Assembly: GCA_963728125.1 (NCBI GenBank) | Contig: CAVSIZ010000003.1 | Span: forward strand, 11,250-75,249 | Reading direction: 5' to 3' | Origin: an uncultured Actinomycetota bacterium | GTDB lineage: Bacteria; Actinomycetota; Actinomycetes; CAWDCV01 | Length of the DNA stretch: 64,000 nt | Shown here: in pieces, positions 39,699 to 49,000 of the stretch | Layout of the letters: every line of letters starts with the position of its first letter | How positions within the stretch are numbered: the stretch's first letter is position 1 | Notes under the pieces: generated by a model | Seen by the model: only the letters and a program-made list of their open reading frames with translations | The model's database searches: none | Told to the model about the DNA's origin: nothing | Made by a program: the position numbers and the translations under genes

Positions 39699-40553
39699 AT
39701 GGGTGTCATGAAGCGGATGTCCATGATCTTCCGTAGCAAGGCGAACCGCGTCCTCGACAAGGCCGAGGATCCGCGCGAGACGCTCGACTACTCCTATCAA
39801 AAGCAGCTAGAGCTGCTCCAAAAGGTTCGCCGCGGCGTCGCCGACGTCGCCACCTCCCGCAAGCGCATCGAGCTGCAACTGCAGCAACTGCAGGCGCAGT
39901 CCGACAAGCTCGAGGATCAGGGTCGCAAAGCGCTGGCGGTCGGCCGTGAGGACCTTGCACGCGAAGCGCTGACGCGTCGCTCCGGTGTCCAGCAGCAGAT
40001 GCAGGACCTGCAGACGCAGTACGTCTCCCTGCAAGGCGAGGAGGAGAAGCTGACGCTCGCCTCGCAGCGCCTCCAGGCCAAGGTGGACGCCTTCCGCACC
40101 CGCAAGGAGACGATCAAGGCCACGTACACCGCCGCCGAGGCGCAGACCCGCATCGGCGAGGCGTTCTCCGGCATCTCCGAGGAGATGAGCGACGTCGGGC
40201 TGGCGATGCAACGGGCGGAGGAGAAGACCCAGACGCTGCAGGCACGCGCAGGTGCGATCGACGAACTGCTCGCCTCCGGGGCGCTCGACGACCCGACCGG
40301 CATGGCGAAGGACGACATCACTGCCGAGCTCGACCGGCTGTCGTCCACGCAGGACGTCGAGCTGGAGCTGCGCCGCCTGAAGGGCGAGCTGCCCTCCGGC
40401 GCATCCGCGGCTGAGCTCGAAGCGGGCACGAGTGTCACCACGCCGAGGGAGGCAACGGCGACCCCCATCCCGGCGGAACCTATGGAGCCGGCCGGCCACC
40501 GCGGCAGCCCGAGCGGCAGGGAGATGCAACGTGATCGTCCGCATTCTCGGTGA
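39699..40553 (+). CDS. pspA: PspA/IM30 family protein
   Basis: FRSKANRVLDKAEDPRETLDYSYQKQLELLQKV plus a long coiled coil. GAAGGAGG lies 12 nt upstream of the ATG. Confidence 0.85.
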   Translation: MGVMKRMSMIFRSKANRVLDKAEDPRETLDYSYQKQLELLQKVRRGVADVATSRKRIELQLQQLQAQSDKLEDQGRKALAVGREDLAREALTRRSGVQQQMQDLQTQYVSLQGEEEKLTLASQRLQAKVDAFRTRKETIKATYTAAEAQTRIGEAFSGISEEMSDVGLAMQRAEEKTQTLQARAGAIDELLASGALDDPTGMAKDDITAELDRLSSTQDVELELRRLKGELPSGASAAELEAGTSVTTPREATATPIPAEPMEPAGHRGSPSGREMQRDRPHSR

Positions 40554-40809
40554 GGGCCAGTTCGAGGTCGGCGACGACGGCGTGGCCGACCTCAACCGAC
40601 TCGACCAGGACCTCCAACGGGCGCTCGACGGCGACGACGACGCGGCATTCCGGTCGGCGCTGTCTGCGCTCTTAGCGAAGGTGCGCGAGTCGGGCATTCC
40701 GCTGGCGCTTGACGCGTTGGAACCATCAGACCTGATCCTTCCGGCTGAGGACGCCCACGTCGACGAGGTACGCGACATGCTCGGCAACGAGGGCCTGATC
40801 CCTGGGTAA
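40531..40809 (+). CDS. small acidic PspA-associated protein (PspAA-like)
   Basis: GTG 40531, VIVRILGEGQFEVGDDGVADLNRLDQDLQRALDGDD. Overlaps the pspA 3' end by 23 nt. Confidence 0.6.
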   Translation: MIVRILGEGQFEVGDDGVADLNRLDQDLQRALDGDDDAAFRSALSALLAKVRESGIPLALDALEPSDLILPAEDAHVDEVRDMLGNEGLIPG

Positions 40810-40863
40810 TTCCGTGGTTCACCACAGCTGACTGAGCAACGAAAGGAAGCTCGCGACACCGCG

Positions 40864-41784
40864 ATGGCCCACTCTCGCTACGCCCCCGACCGCGGCTTGT
40901 CGGCCCGTATGGGCCTCACCATGTTCCTGCTCGGGTTGCTCTACATCGTCTTGTTCGTCGTCATCGGCTGGGCGCTCGGCGGTACCAGCAGCGCCTGGGT
41001 CATTGCGCTCGTGGTGGCTGCGGCCGCCCTGTGGGCGCAGTGGTTCTTCTCTGATCGGCTGGCGCTGTACTCCATGCGCGGGCGGATCGTCACCCCGCAG
41101 GAAGCACCACAGCTGCACGCGATCGTCGACCGGCTGTGTGCGCTGGCCGACATGCCGAAGCCGCAGGTCGCGATCGCCGACGTCGACATCCCCAACGCCT
41201 TCGCCACCGGACGGTCGCCGAAGCGCGCAGTCGTCTGCGCCACCACCGGGCTCATGCGCCGTCTCGACGACCGTGAGCTCGAAGGCGTCCTCTCTCACGA
41301 GCTGTCGCACGTCGCCCACCGTGACGTCACGGTCATGACCATCGCGTCGTTCGTCGGTGTGCTTGCCGGTTTCCTCACCCGGATCGGGATCTTCTCGGGC
41401 ATGGGTGGCGGCCGCGACCGCGACAGCAATGCGGCAGTCGTCCTCCTGGTCGTGACGCTGGTCAGCGTGCTCGTCTATGCCGTCAGCTTCCTGCTCATCC
41501 GCGTGCTGTCCCGCTACCGCGAGCTGTCCGCAGACCGCACCGGCGCCCTGCTCACCGGGCAACCGTCGGCACTGGCCAGCGCGCTGGTCAAGATCAACGG
41601 TGACATGGGCCGCATCCCCACCCGCGACCTGCGGCAGGCCGAGGCCTTCAACGCGTTCTTCTTCGCCCCCGCCATTGCCAAGGGAACCAGCCTCTCCTCG
41701 CTGTTCTCGACGCACCCGCCGCTGGAGCAGCGGCTCGCCCAGCTGAACCGCATCTCGGCGCAGCTCGGGCGCGCGGCCGGCTAG
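40864..41784 (+). CDS. htpX: zinc metalloprotease HtpX (M48)
   Basis: HELSHVAHRD zinc motif, four TM segments and a STHPPLEQRL C-terminal motif. Confidence 0.9.
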   Translation: MAHSRYAPDRGLSARMGLTMFLLGLLYIVLFVVIGWALGGTSSAWVIALVVAAAALWAQWFFSDRLALYSMRGRIVTPQEAPQLHAIVDRLCALADMPKPQVAIADVDIPNAFATGRSPKRAVVCATTGLMRRLDDRELEGVLSHELSHVAHRDVTVMTIASFVGVLAGFLTRIGIFSGMGGGRDRDSNAAVVLLVVTLVSVLVYAVSFLLIRVLSRYRELSADRTGALLTGQPSALASALVKINGDMGRIPTRDLRQAEAFNAFFFAPAIAKGTSLSSLFSTHPPLEQRLAQLNRISAQLGRAAG

Positions 41785-41799
41785 GCGTCTGATCGTTCG

Positions 41800-42369
41800 A
41801 TGGGCATCCTCGACTCGCTGCTCGGCCGGACCAAGCCGGTGCAGCCCAACCTCGATGCGTTGTTCGCCGTGCCCAATGCGGCGATCACGCTCGAGGTAGG
41901 CGCAGATCTGCGGCCTACGGGCGTCGGATCGGTCTGCTTCCGCGCGGCGGAGGGTGGCGCCTTCACCCAGCTGCAAGCCGAGATCCAGAGCTTGCTCGAC
42001 GCGGACGACGGACCCAAGGTCGAGGTCACTCGCGACGAGTACGGCTACACCTGGCTCGTCAGCACCACATCTCCGCCGGACGTGTCGGCGCTCGTCACCG
42101 ACCTGCACGCGGTCAACAGCACGCTGCAAGACCATGGCTTCGGTCCGCAGCTGCTCTGCTCCCTGGTGTGCTTCGCCGACGCTTCAGGCCGGCGCGTTGG
42201 TCTGGTCTACCTCTACAAGCGCGGCACGTTCTACCCGTTCGTGCCGCTCGACGGGCAGCACCGTGACAACGCCCTCGAGTTGCAGGTGCGCGGGCTGCTC
42301 GAGGGTGACCTGCGCATCGAGAGCGACCTGTCGCGCTGGTTCCCCGTCTGGGGGGCACCGGGTCTATGA
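41800..42369 (+). CDS. conserved hypothetical protein downstream of htpX (PspAB-like)
   Basis: 189 aa. MGILDSLLGRTKPVQPNLDALFAVPNAAITLE... Starts 16 nt after the htpX stop. Confidence 0.6.
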   Translation: MGILDSLLGRTKPVQPNLDALFAVPNAAITLEVGADLRPTGVGSVCFRAAEGGAFTQLQAEIQSLLDADDGPKVEVTRDEYGYTWLVSTTSPPDVSALVTDLHAVNSTLQDHGFGPQLLCSLVCFADASGRRVGLVYLYKRGTFYPFVPLDGQHRDNALELQVRGLLEGDLRIESDLSRWFPVWGAPGL

Positions 42370-42439
42370 CGGCTCGCCGACCTTCGTCGACTGCGCTCCA
42401 GTGGTGTGCTCGCGACGAAGGCCGGCTCGTGACCCACGG

Positions 42440-43906
42440 GTGCTCGCCCTCGACTTCGGTACCTCATCGGCGCGCGCACTCGTCCTCGACGCTGAGGCCG
42501 CTCCCGTTCCGGACGCGCTCGCCCGACACAAGGTCAAGCTCACCGTCGACGATCAGGGTGCGGCGGAGCTGGATCCGCGGACATACCTCGACGGAGTCGT
42601 CGCATGTATCGACGAGCTGCGCGAGGGCGGCCATCTCGATGGCATCACCGACGTGGTCGCCTCGACGCAGTGGCACTCACTGATGGCGCTGGATTCTTCG
42701 GGCGAGCCGATGAGCGGGCTGCTGACGTGGGCTGACACCCGGGCCGCCGAAGAGCCGCTGCCTGACATCGCCGACCCGATCGCCTGGCACCGCCGCACGG
42801 GCACCTGGGTCCACGCGCAGTACTGGAGTCTCAAGGCGCCATGGCTGCTGCACCAGCTCAGCGCCACGCCCGCGCTGCTCGTCGGCCTGCCGGAGTACGT
42901 CTATGCCTCGCTACTCGGCGAGAGCGGCGCGTCGGCGTCGTCCGCGTCGGGCACCGGCCTGTTCGACTGGGCCAAGAATGCGTGGGACGACGAGGCCATC
43001 GACGTCGCTCGCATTCCTCGCGACCTGCTGCCAGTCGTCCTGCCAGACGACTGGACCGGCGTCGTGGAATCGTCCTGGCCGAAGCGGTGGCCGGAGCTCG
43101 CCGAGGCGCGGTGGCATCCGCCGCTCGGAGATGGTGCCGCGTCCAACCTCGGCGCGGGCTGCATCGATCCGTCAGCCGTGGCCGTCACCATCGGTACGTC
43201 AGCCGCAGTCCGGGTCGTCCAGCCGGCGAACGAGGCAGCGGACGTTCCGCCCGCGCTCTGGCGCTATCGCGTTGACAAGGACCGCGTCGTCAGCGGAATC
43301 GCATTCTCTGCCGGCGGTGGCATGTTCGCCTGGGCCAAGGACGTCCTCGACCTTCCTACCGACGACAAGGGCGAGACGGTCGGGCTGCGCGATGTCCCCA
43401 TCGGCTGCAACGGCGTCACCTTGCTCCCGTACCTCGCCGGCACCCGCGCTCCGCGGCACGTGCCCGCCGGGAGCGGGGTCATCGCCGGACTGTCGCTCGG
43501 CACCGATCCGGTCGAGCTCGTCGCCGCCGCGATCGAAGGCATGTGCTTCGAGATCTCGAGCGGCTTGGAGACGCTGGTCGGGCTGCTCGACGACAGCGGG
43601 GAGGGCTCGTCGCCGGACGTGGTCGGCGGTGGTGGCGGCTTGGAGAAATCACCGTTCTGGCAGCACCGGCTGGCGGCTGCCATGGGTAGCCGGCTGCGGA
43701 TGGCGTACGTCCCCGAGACCGCCGCGCGCGGCGCGGGGATGCTGTCCCTGGGCTTGGTTGACGAGTCGCACGCGCCGCAGTGGACAGAAGGCGTCATCGC
43801 CACCGACGAGGAGATCGCGGCGATGGACGAAGCGCATCGGCGCTACGACCGGCTGCGCGAGTTGCACGGCATCCCCGCCGCCGGCGCTGCCAGCGCCGCG
43901 ACCTGA
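42440..43906 (+). CDS. FGGY-family carbohydrate kinase (gluconokinase/xylulokinase-like)
   Basis: ORF 41954..43906 trimmed to GTG 42440 (VLALDFGTSSARALV). Has GDGAASNLGAG and FGGY C-terminal motifs. The start could be about 36 nt earlier. Confidence 0.8.
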   Translation: MLALDFGTSSARALVLDAEAAPVPDALARHKVKLTVDDQGAAELDPRTYLDGVVACIDELREGGHLDGITDVVASTQWHSLMALDSSGEPMSGLLTWADTRAAEEPLPDIADPIAWHRRTGTWVHAQYWSLKAPWLLHQLSATPALLVGLPEYVYASLLGESGASASSASGTGLFDWAKNAWDDEAIDVARIPRDLLPVVLPDDWTGVVESSWPKRWPELAEARWHPPLGDGAASNLGAGCIDPSAVAVTIGTSAAVRVVQPANEAADVPPALWRYRVDKDRVVSGIAFSAGGGMFAWAKDVLDLPTDDKGETVGLRDVPIGCNGVTLLPYLAGTRAPRHVPAGSGVIAGLSLGTDPVELVAAAIEGMCFEISSGLETLVGLLDDSGEGSSPDVVGGGGGLEKSPFWQHRLAAAMGSRLRMAYVPETAARGAGMLSLGLVDESHAPQWTEGVIATDEEIAAMDEAHRRYDRLRELHGIPAAGAASAAT

Positions 43907-43909
43907 GGG

Positions 43910-45088
43910 TTACGGCAGGGCCAGCATCCGATCCAGGGCGGCGCGGGCCTCGCTGGCGGTCTGCGGGTCGACGGTGATGCGGTTGACAACACGCCCCGCG
44001 GCGAGATTCTCCATCGCCCACACCAGGTGCGGCAGGTCGATGCGATTCATCGTCGAGCAGAAGCACACGGTGCGGTCGAGGAACGTGATCCGCTTGTCCG
44101 GGTGCCGCTTGGCCAGACGCTGCACGAGGTTGAGCTCGGTGCCCACCGCCCAGGCCGAGCCGGACGGCGCGGCATCGATCGTGCGGATGATGTATTCGGT
44201 GGAGCCGACGAGGTCGGCCTTGGTCACGACCTCGTACGTGCACTCGGGATGGACGAGCACGTTGACGTCAGGGACGCGCTCTCGCACGTCTGCCACCGCG
44301 TCAGCGGTGAAGCGACCGTGCACCGAGCAGTGCCCGCGCCACAGGATCATGGTGGCGTCGCGCAGTTGCTGCGTTGTCAGCCCGCCGCCCGGCTTGTGCG
44401 GATTGAAGACGACGCAGTCGTCGAGCGACATGCCCATCTGCAGCACGGCGGTGTTGCGGCCCAGGTGCTGGTCGGGGAGGAAGAGCACCTTCTCGCCCTG
44501 CTCGAACGACCACTCGAGTGCGCGCTTGGCGTTCGAGGAGGTGCAGATCGTGCCGCCGTGCCGGCCGGTGAAGGCCTTGATGTCGGCGGAGGAGTTCATG
44601 TACGTCACGGGCACGGTGTCCGCTGCCACGCCGGCGTCTTCGAGGACCTCCCACGCCTCGGCCACCTGGTCCAGGGCGGCCATGTCTGCCATCGAGCAGC
44701 CGGCCGCGAGGTCGGGCAGCACGACCTGCTGAGAGTCACCGGTCAGGATGTCGGCGCTCTCGGCCATGAAGTGGACACCGCAGAACACGATGTAGTCGGC
44801 CTCCGGCCGGGCGGCCGCGTCGCGCGCCAGCTTGAACGAGTCGCCCGTGACGTCCGCGAACGCGATCACCTCGTCGCGCTGGTAGTGGTGGCCGAGCACG
44901 AAGGCACGGTCGCCCAGCGCGTCGCGCGCTTGTCGACCTCGCCGTACCAGATCGGGATCGGACGCGGCTGGCAAATCACCGGGGCACTCGACCCCGCGCT
45001 CGCTGCTGGGGTCGGCGTCACGCCCGAGCAGGAGCAGCGCCAGCGGCGTCGGCGTGACACCGGTGGGCAGGTCGAGGTCGACGGTCAT
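43910..45088 (-). CDS. nadA: quinolinate synthase
   Basis: ORF trimmed to ATG 45088 (MTVDLDLPTG). Has FVLGHHYQRDEV, FCGVHFMAESADIL and CSVHGRF. Confidence 0.9.
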   Translation of the reverse strand: MTVDLDLPTGVTPTPLALLLLGRDADPSSERGVECPGDLPAASDPDLVRRGRQARDALGDRAFVLGHHYQRDEVIAFADVTGDSFKLARDAAARPEADYIVFCGVHFMAESADILTGDSQQVVLPDLAAGCSMADMAALDQVAEAWEVLEDAGVAADTVPVTYMNSSADIKAFTGRHGGTICTSSNAKRALEWSFEQGEKVLFLPDQHLGRNTAVLQMGMSLDDCVVFNPHKPGGGLTTQQLRDATMILWRGHCSVHGRFTADAVADVRERVPDVNVLVHPECTYEVVTKADLVGSTEYIIRTIDAAPSGSAWAVGTELNLVQRLAKRHPDKRITFLDRTVCFCSTMNRIDLPHLVWAMENLAAGRVVNRITVDPQTASEARAALDRMLALP

Positions 45089-45111
45089 GATGAAATTCTC
45101 CCTGACGAGCG

Positions 45112-45960
45112 CTAGAGGTACGCGCCTGATGGAACGTACGGAGCCGGCGGCTTCATCCCGCGCAGGCACAGGTAGCCGGACGTCTCGACCGCCAGACCGG
45201 CGGCTAGACCGATGTCGAGGGCCCATTCGTTCTCGACTGTGATGTTGCGCACATTGACCTCGGCGCCCGGCGTCGACCGCGCCAATACCTCCCACAGCAG
45301 CTTGTGCGCGACTCGGCGTGACGTGGCGGCGAGCAAGGCGAGCGAGCCATCGAGCACGTACGCGTACCCATTGCCGAGGAACGTGTCGCAGACCAGCAGT
45401 GGATGATCACCGCCGAGGAGCCGGTGATCCGGGCCATGCGAAGCGCCCCGGACCTGACGGTCGACGGACTCGAGCAGCGCCAGGTCGGCGATCGTTCCGG
45501 GTCGAACGTGGTCGACGAAAGGCAGCACGGCGCGGTCGACGGTGCCACTCAGCGTCATCATCGGATGCAGGCTGAACCCGGCCAGCCGATAGCGCCGGGC
45601 GGCTCGGGGATCGGGCGAGGACACGATCATGCCGCGGACGGATCCCTCGGCGTAGCTCAGCGTGCGCTCGAGCAACGCTCGCCCGATGCCGTGGTTCTGC
45701 GCCGTCGGGAGCACTGCGTAGGACGACAGCATCCACAGCCGCTCACGGCGAACGGCAATGGCCTCGCCGACCACCTCCCCGCCCACCTCGGCGATCCAGC
45801 AGCCCGCGGGATCGGTTGCCAGTTGATGCTGTACGCGCTGCCGGAAGCGTTGTGCCCGGATCGGTGATCGGGGAAAGCCGTGGCCGAACGGCGCAAAGGC
45901 CGCTTCGGTGATCGACTCGACGGCGGGGATGTCCTCCACGCGCATCGGGCGGAGCATCAT
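45112..45960 (-). CDS. GNAT family N-acetyltransferase
   Basis: ORF 45112..46239 trimmed to ATG 45960 (MMLRPMRVEDIPAVESI). Acetyl-CoA motif VLPTAQNHGIGRALLE. Confidence 0.75.
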   Translation of the reverse strand: MMLRPMRVEDIPAVESITEAAFAPFGHGFPRSPIRAQRFRQRVQHQLATDPAGCWIAEVGGEVVGEAIAVRRERLWMLSSYAVLPTAQNHGIGRALLERTLSYAEGSVRGMIVSSPDPRAARRYRLAGFSLHPMMTLSGTVDRAVLPFVDHVRPGTIADLALLESVDRQVRGASHGPDHRLLGGDHPLLVCDTFLGNGYAYVLDGSLALLAATSRRVAHKLLWEVLARSTPGAEVNVRNITVENEWALDIGLAAGLAVETSGYLCLRGMKPPAPYVPSGAYL

Positions 45961-45991
45961 GCGCGGACCGCCATAGGAGAGACTTTGCCTC

Positions 45992-47089
45992 ATGCGGGTC
46001 CTCGTTGCTCCGGATAAATTCGCGGGCACCCTCACCGCGGTCGAGGCAGCCGATGCCATCGCGCAGGGGTGGCACCGCACGGCTCCCGACGACATCGTGA
46101 CGACAGCACCGCTGTCCGACGGCGGTCCCGGCTTCGTGGACGTCGTCCAGGCAGCGCTCGGCGGGAAGCTGCTGTCGGTCACCGCGACCGGTCCGCGCGG
46201 CGAGCAGGTGCCGACAACGCTGCTCCTCGTCGACGGCACCGCTTACATCGAGGCGGCGCAGGCATGCGGCCTGCACCTCATCCCTGCGCAGGAGCGCGAT
46301 CCGACCACGGCGACGTCGTACGGCGTCGGACAGTTGATCGGGTCGGCGGTGGACGAGGGCGCTGCCCGGATCGTCGTCGGGCTCGGTGGCAGCGCGACCA
46401 ACGACGGCGGTGCCGGGATGCTCGCCGCGCTGGGTGCGATGCCGGTCGCCGAGCTTCGGCTCGGTGGTGCCGCGCTGGCCGACGTGACGGAGGTCGACCT
46501 TTCGCCCGCTCGTGAGCGCGTCGCCGGCGTGGAGCTGGTAGCGGCGAGTGACGTGGACAACCCGCTGCTCGGCCTGCGCGGAGCGAGCAACGTCTTCGGC
46601 GCCCAGAAGGGCGCCACACCCGACGACATCCAGCGCCTCGATGGAGCCCTCACTCGTTTCGCCGAGCAGACCGATCGGCGGCTCGCGGACAGCAAGGGCG
46701 CCGGAGCGGCCGGCGGCCTCGGCTTCGGGCTGGCGCTGCTCGGGGCCACTCGAGTGCCGGGCATCGGCACCGTCCTCGATCTGGTCGGCTTCGACGCGCT
46801 GGTCCAGTCGGCCGACGTGGTGGTGACGGGCGAGGGCTCGTTCGACTACCAGTCGCTGAGTGGCAAGGTCGTCAACGGCGTGGCCGAAGCCGCGACTCGG
46901 GCGGCTCGCCCGACCGTGGTTCTCGCCGGGCGGGTCGAGGTCGGGCGGCGCGAGATGGCCGCCGTCGGGGTGGAGTCCGCCTACTCGGTCGTCGAACTCG
47001 CTGGGTCCGTCGAGGCTGCACTGGACCGACCGGCGGAGCGACTTGCTGACTTGGCCGCGCGCGTGGCTCGCACCTGGTCGCGCCGCTGA
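45992..47089 (+). CDS. glycerate kinase
   Basis: MRVLVAPDKFAGTLTAVEAADAI...PLSDGGPGF...VTGEGSFDYQSLSGKV. Rv2205c-like position. Confidence 0.85.
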   Translation: MRVLVAPDKFAGTLTAVEAADAIAQGWHRTAPDDIVTTAPLSDGGPGFVDVVQAALGGKLLSVTATGPRGEQVPTTLLLVDGTAYIEAAQACGLHLIPAQERDPTTATSYGVGQLIGSAVDEGAARIVVGLGGSATNDGGAGMLAALGAMPVAELRLGGAALADVTEVDLSPARERVAGVELVAASDVDNPLLGLRGASNVFGAQKGATPDDIQRLDGALTRFAEQTDRRLADSKGAGAAGGLGFGLALLGATRVPGIGTVLDLVGFDALVQSADVVVTGEGSFDYQSLSGKVVNGVAEAATRAARPTVVLAGRVEVGRREMAAVGVESAYSVVELAGSVEAALDRPAERLADLAARVARTWSRR

Positions 47090-47229
47090 AACCAGTGGTC
47101 GCGTACTCGGCCTGAGTGGCGCAACGTGTCACTATGGACGGGAATGCAGCGCCGGGGTGACCCGGTTGACTGTGCAGAACCCGATGTCCGTAGGACCAAA
47201 TGTCCGCACCACCCCATAGGAGCTCGTCC

Positions 47230-47610
47230 ATGACGGTCAGTGGCAGTACCGAAACCACGACCAGCCCGACGTCGACTCCGGCGCCGAGCGGGATCATCCT
47301 CACCGACGTAGCAGCTGGCAAGGTCAAGAGCCTGCTCGAGCAGGAAGGCCGCGACGACCTGTCGCTGCGCGTTGCGGTCCAGCCGGGCGGCTGCTCCGGC
47401 CTGCGCTATCAGCTCTTCTTCGACGAGCGCTCGCTCGACGGCGACGTCGTCAAGGACTTCAGCGGCGTCTCCGTCGTCACCGACCGGATGAGCGCCCCCT
47501 ACCTCGGCGGCGCCACGATCGACTTCGTCGACACGATCGAGAAGCAGGGCTTCACCATCGACAACCCCAACGCCTCCGGCTCGTGCGCCTGCGGAGACTC
47601 GTTCCACTAA
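47230..47610 (+). CDS. erpA: iron-sulfur cluster insertion protein (HesB/IscA family)
   Basis: RVAVQPGGCSGLRYQLFFD and the C-terminal CACGDSF. TAGGAG lies 7 nt upstream of ATG 47230. Confidence 0.9.
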   Translation: MTVSGSTETTTSPTSTPAPSGIILTDVAAGKVKSLLEQEGRDDLSLRVAVQPGGCSGLRYQLFFDERSLDGDVVKDFSGVSVVTDRMSAPYLGGATIDFVDTIEKQGFTIDNPNASGSCACGDSFH

Positions 47611-47619
47611 CACTTTTGT

Positions 47620-47635
47620 GCCGCTGACCAGCGGC
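47620..47635. terminator. short GC hairpin between convergent erpA and ATPase genes
   Basis: GCCGCTG-ac-CAGCGGC. The effective stem is 6 bp. No U-tract. Confidence 0.35.
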
Positions 47636-47636
47636 G

Positions 47637-48710
47637 TCATCCGTTAGGCGCGCACTCGCTGATCGCCAGGCGCATGTGCCGCTCGCTGATCGCAGGAGCA
47701 GCGTCGTCGCAGGCCCGAGCCAGGGCCGTGTGAGCCACGTACATCACCCGCCGGCGCAGGTCACCCGTTCTCCCGCGCAGGTAGTGGCGCATCAGCAGGC
47801 GCATCGCTACTGGAGTGACCAGCTCAGTCAGCGGCTGATCGGTGAGATCGGCGACGCGCTGCGCCAGGATCCGGGCCAGGCCCGTCACATCCGGCACGGG
47901 TGGCACGTGTACGGAGCTCTCGATGAAGCCCTCCGCGGATCGATACCCCGGCTGGGTGACGTAGTGGTCGTGCACCGCGATCACCGCTGCCGCGGGTAGC
48001 TCCTCGGCGATCAGCCGAACCACCCGACCGAAGAATCCGTCGACCAGTCGCGCCGAGTCGGCGGGAGCCGATACCTGCAGCCACTTGTCGGTGTCGTCGA
48101 ACACCAGCACGGGCAGCAGGTCCCGTGCCGCGATGAGCTCGAGGATGCGCCGCGCCTGCTCGACCACCTCCGCTCCCGAGCGAGGTGAGGATGGCGAGCT
48201 CGCCGAGTCGAGTTCCGCGGCGAGCTCCAGCCGTACGCCCATCCAGCTCGGAGCCACGCTGACCTTGGTCGGACGGCGCCGATCCGCGGGCAAGGTGGGA
48301 GTCGTCCGGCGCAGGATCCGGCGAGCGTCGTCCTCGTCGGCCGGCTGCGCGTACGCGATGTACCGAGCGACGGTGCGCACCAGATGCGCGGCGAAGGCGA
48401 CCGGAGAGGTCGCCACCTCCTCGTCCTCCAGCGATACCGGAATCGGCAGCGGGGCGAGGTCCTCGACCAGCGGTCCCAGCACGTACGACACGACACTCGA
48501 CTTGCCCGACCCGCTGCTGCCGATCAGCGCGACTTGCTCACCGCGCCGCAATGCCGCGTCGAGGGTCTGCTCGCAGGTCGCCCCGCCGGTCAGCTCGTCG
48601 AACGGCACGTGGAAGCGGAACAGTTCTGCCTGCCGCGGCGCCGGGTCGAACACGTGCTCATCGCGAAGGCGTAGCAAGGTGTCAGCGGTGTCGGTGGCGT
48701 CCGCGGTCAC
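47637..48710 (-). CDS. ORC/Cdc6-like AAA+ P-loop ATPase (no wHTH), distal gene of a 3-ORF operon
   Basis: Walker A LIGSSGSGKSS, Walker B LPVLVFDDTDKW, and a lid-like GDLRRRVMYVAHTALARA...ISERHMRLAI resembling Cdc6 GDAR..DLL...V..HV. GTG 48710 overlaps the upstream stop as GTGA. Confidence 0.7.
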   Translation of the reverse strand: MTADATDTADTLLRLRDEHVFDPAPRQAELFRFHVPFDELTGGATCEQTLDAALRRGEQVALIGSSGSGKSSVVSYVLGPLVEDLAPLPIPVSLEDEEVATSPVAFAAHLVRTVARYIAYAQPADEDDARRILRRTTPTLPADRRRPTKVSVAPSWMGVRLELAAELDSASSPSSPRSGAEVVEQARRILELIAARDLLPVLVFDDTDKWLQVSAPADSARLVDGFFGRVVRLIAEELPAAAVIAVHDHYVTQPGYRSAEGFIESSVHVPPVPDVTGLARILAQRVADLTDQPLTELVTPVAMRLLMRHYLRGRTGDLRRRVMYVAHTALARACDDAAPAISERHMRLAISECAPNG

Positions 48711-49000
48711 GGTCGCACGGTAACCGCCGTGTAGACCGTCCGTGGTCGGCCGGGACCGTTGCGCACCGTCGTCGTCTCGACGAGCCCCACATCGAGCAGC
48801 TCACGGAGCAGCTGGGTGGCACGCGACCGAGTCCAGCCGTGCCGGGCGAGGAGGCCGGGATCGGACGCGCTGGCCGGGCCAGAGGCCTCGAGGTCCGCGA
48901 CGAGCTCGGCGGCAGCGGGGGAGACGGCTGACAGCCGCCGATCGCGTTCTCGGGCGCTGCCCGCCAGCTCCTCGGTAGCGGCCGGGCTCGGCCAGCGCAA
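48707..49000 (-). CDS. winged-helix DNA-binding module, probably the displaced C-terminus of the upstream ATPase
   Basis: AAAELVADLEASGPASASDPGLLARHGWTRSRATQLLRELLDVGLVETTTVRNGPGRPRTVYTAV fits an H1-H2-H3-wing pattern. The only in-frame start is a TTG at 49000, just after a TGA. Confidence 0.55.
   Translation of the reverse strand: MRWPSPAATEELAGSARERDRRLSAVSPAAAELVADLEASGPASASDPGLLARHGWTRSRATQLLRELLDVGLVETTTVRNGPGRPRTVYTAVTVRP

Noticed and set aside
40819-42135. 438-aa reverse ORF opposite htpX and the PspAB-like gene
   Set aside because: It is a shadow ORF. The forward frames carry the HELSH zinc protease motif and a conserved downstream protein.
45955-45995. Apparent CATG overlap of divergent starts (GNAT reverse ATG at 45993 against glycerate kinase ATG at 45992)
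   Set aside because: The GNAT family alignment fits better with the internal start MMLRPMRVEDIP at 45960. That leaves a normal 31-nt divergent gap.
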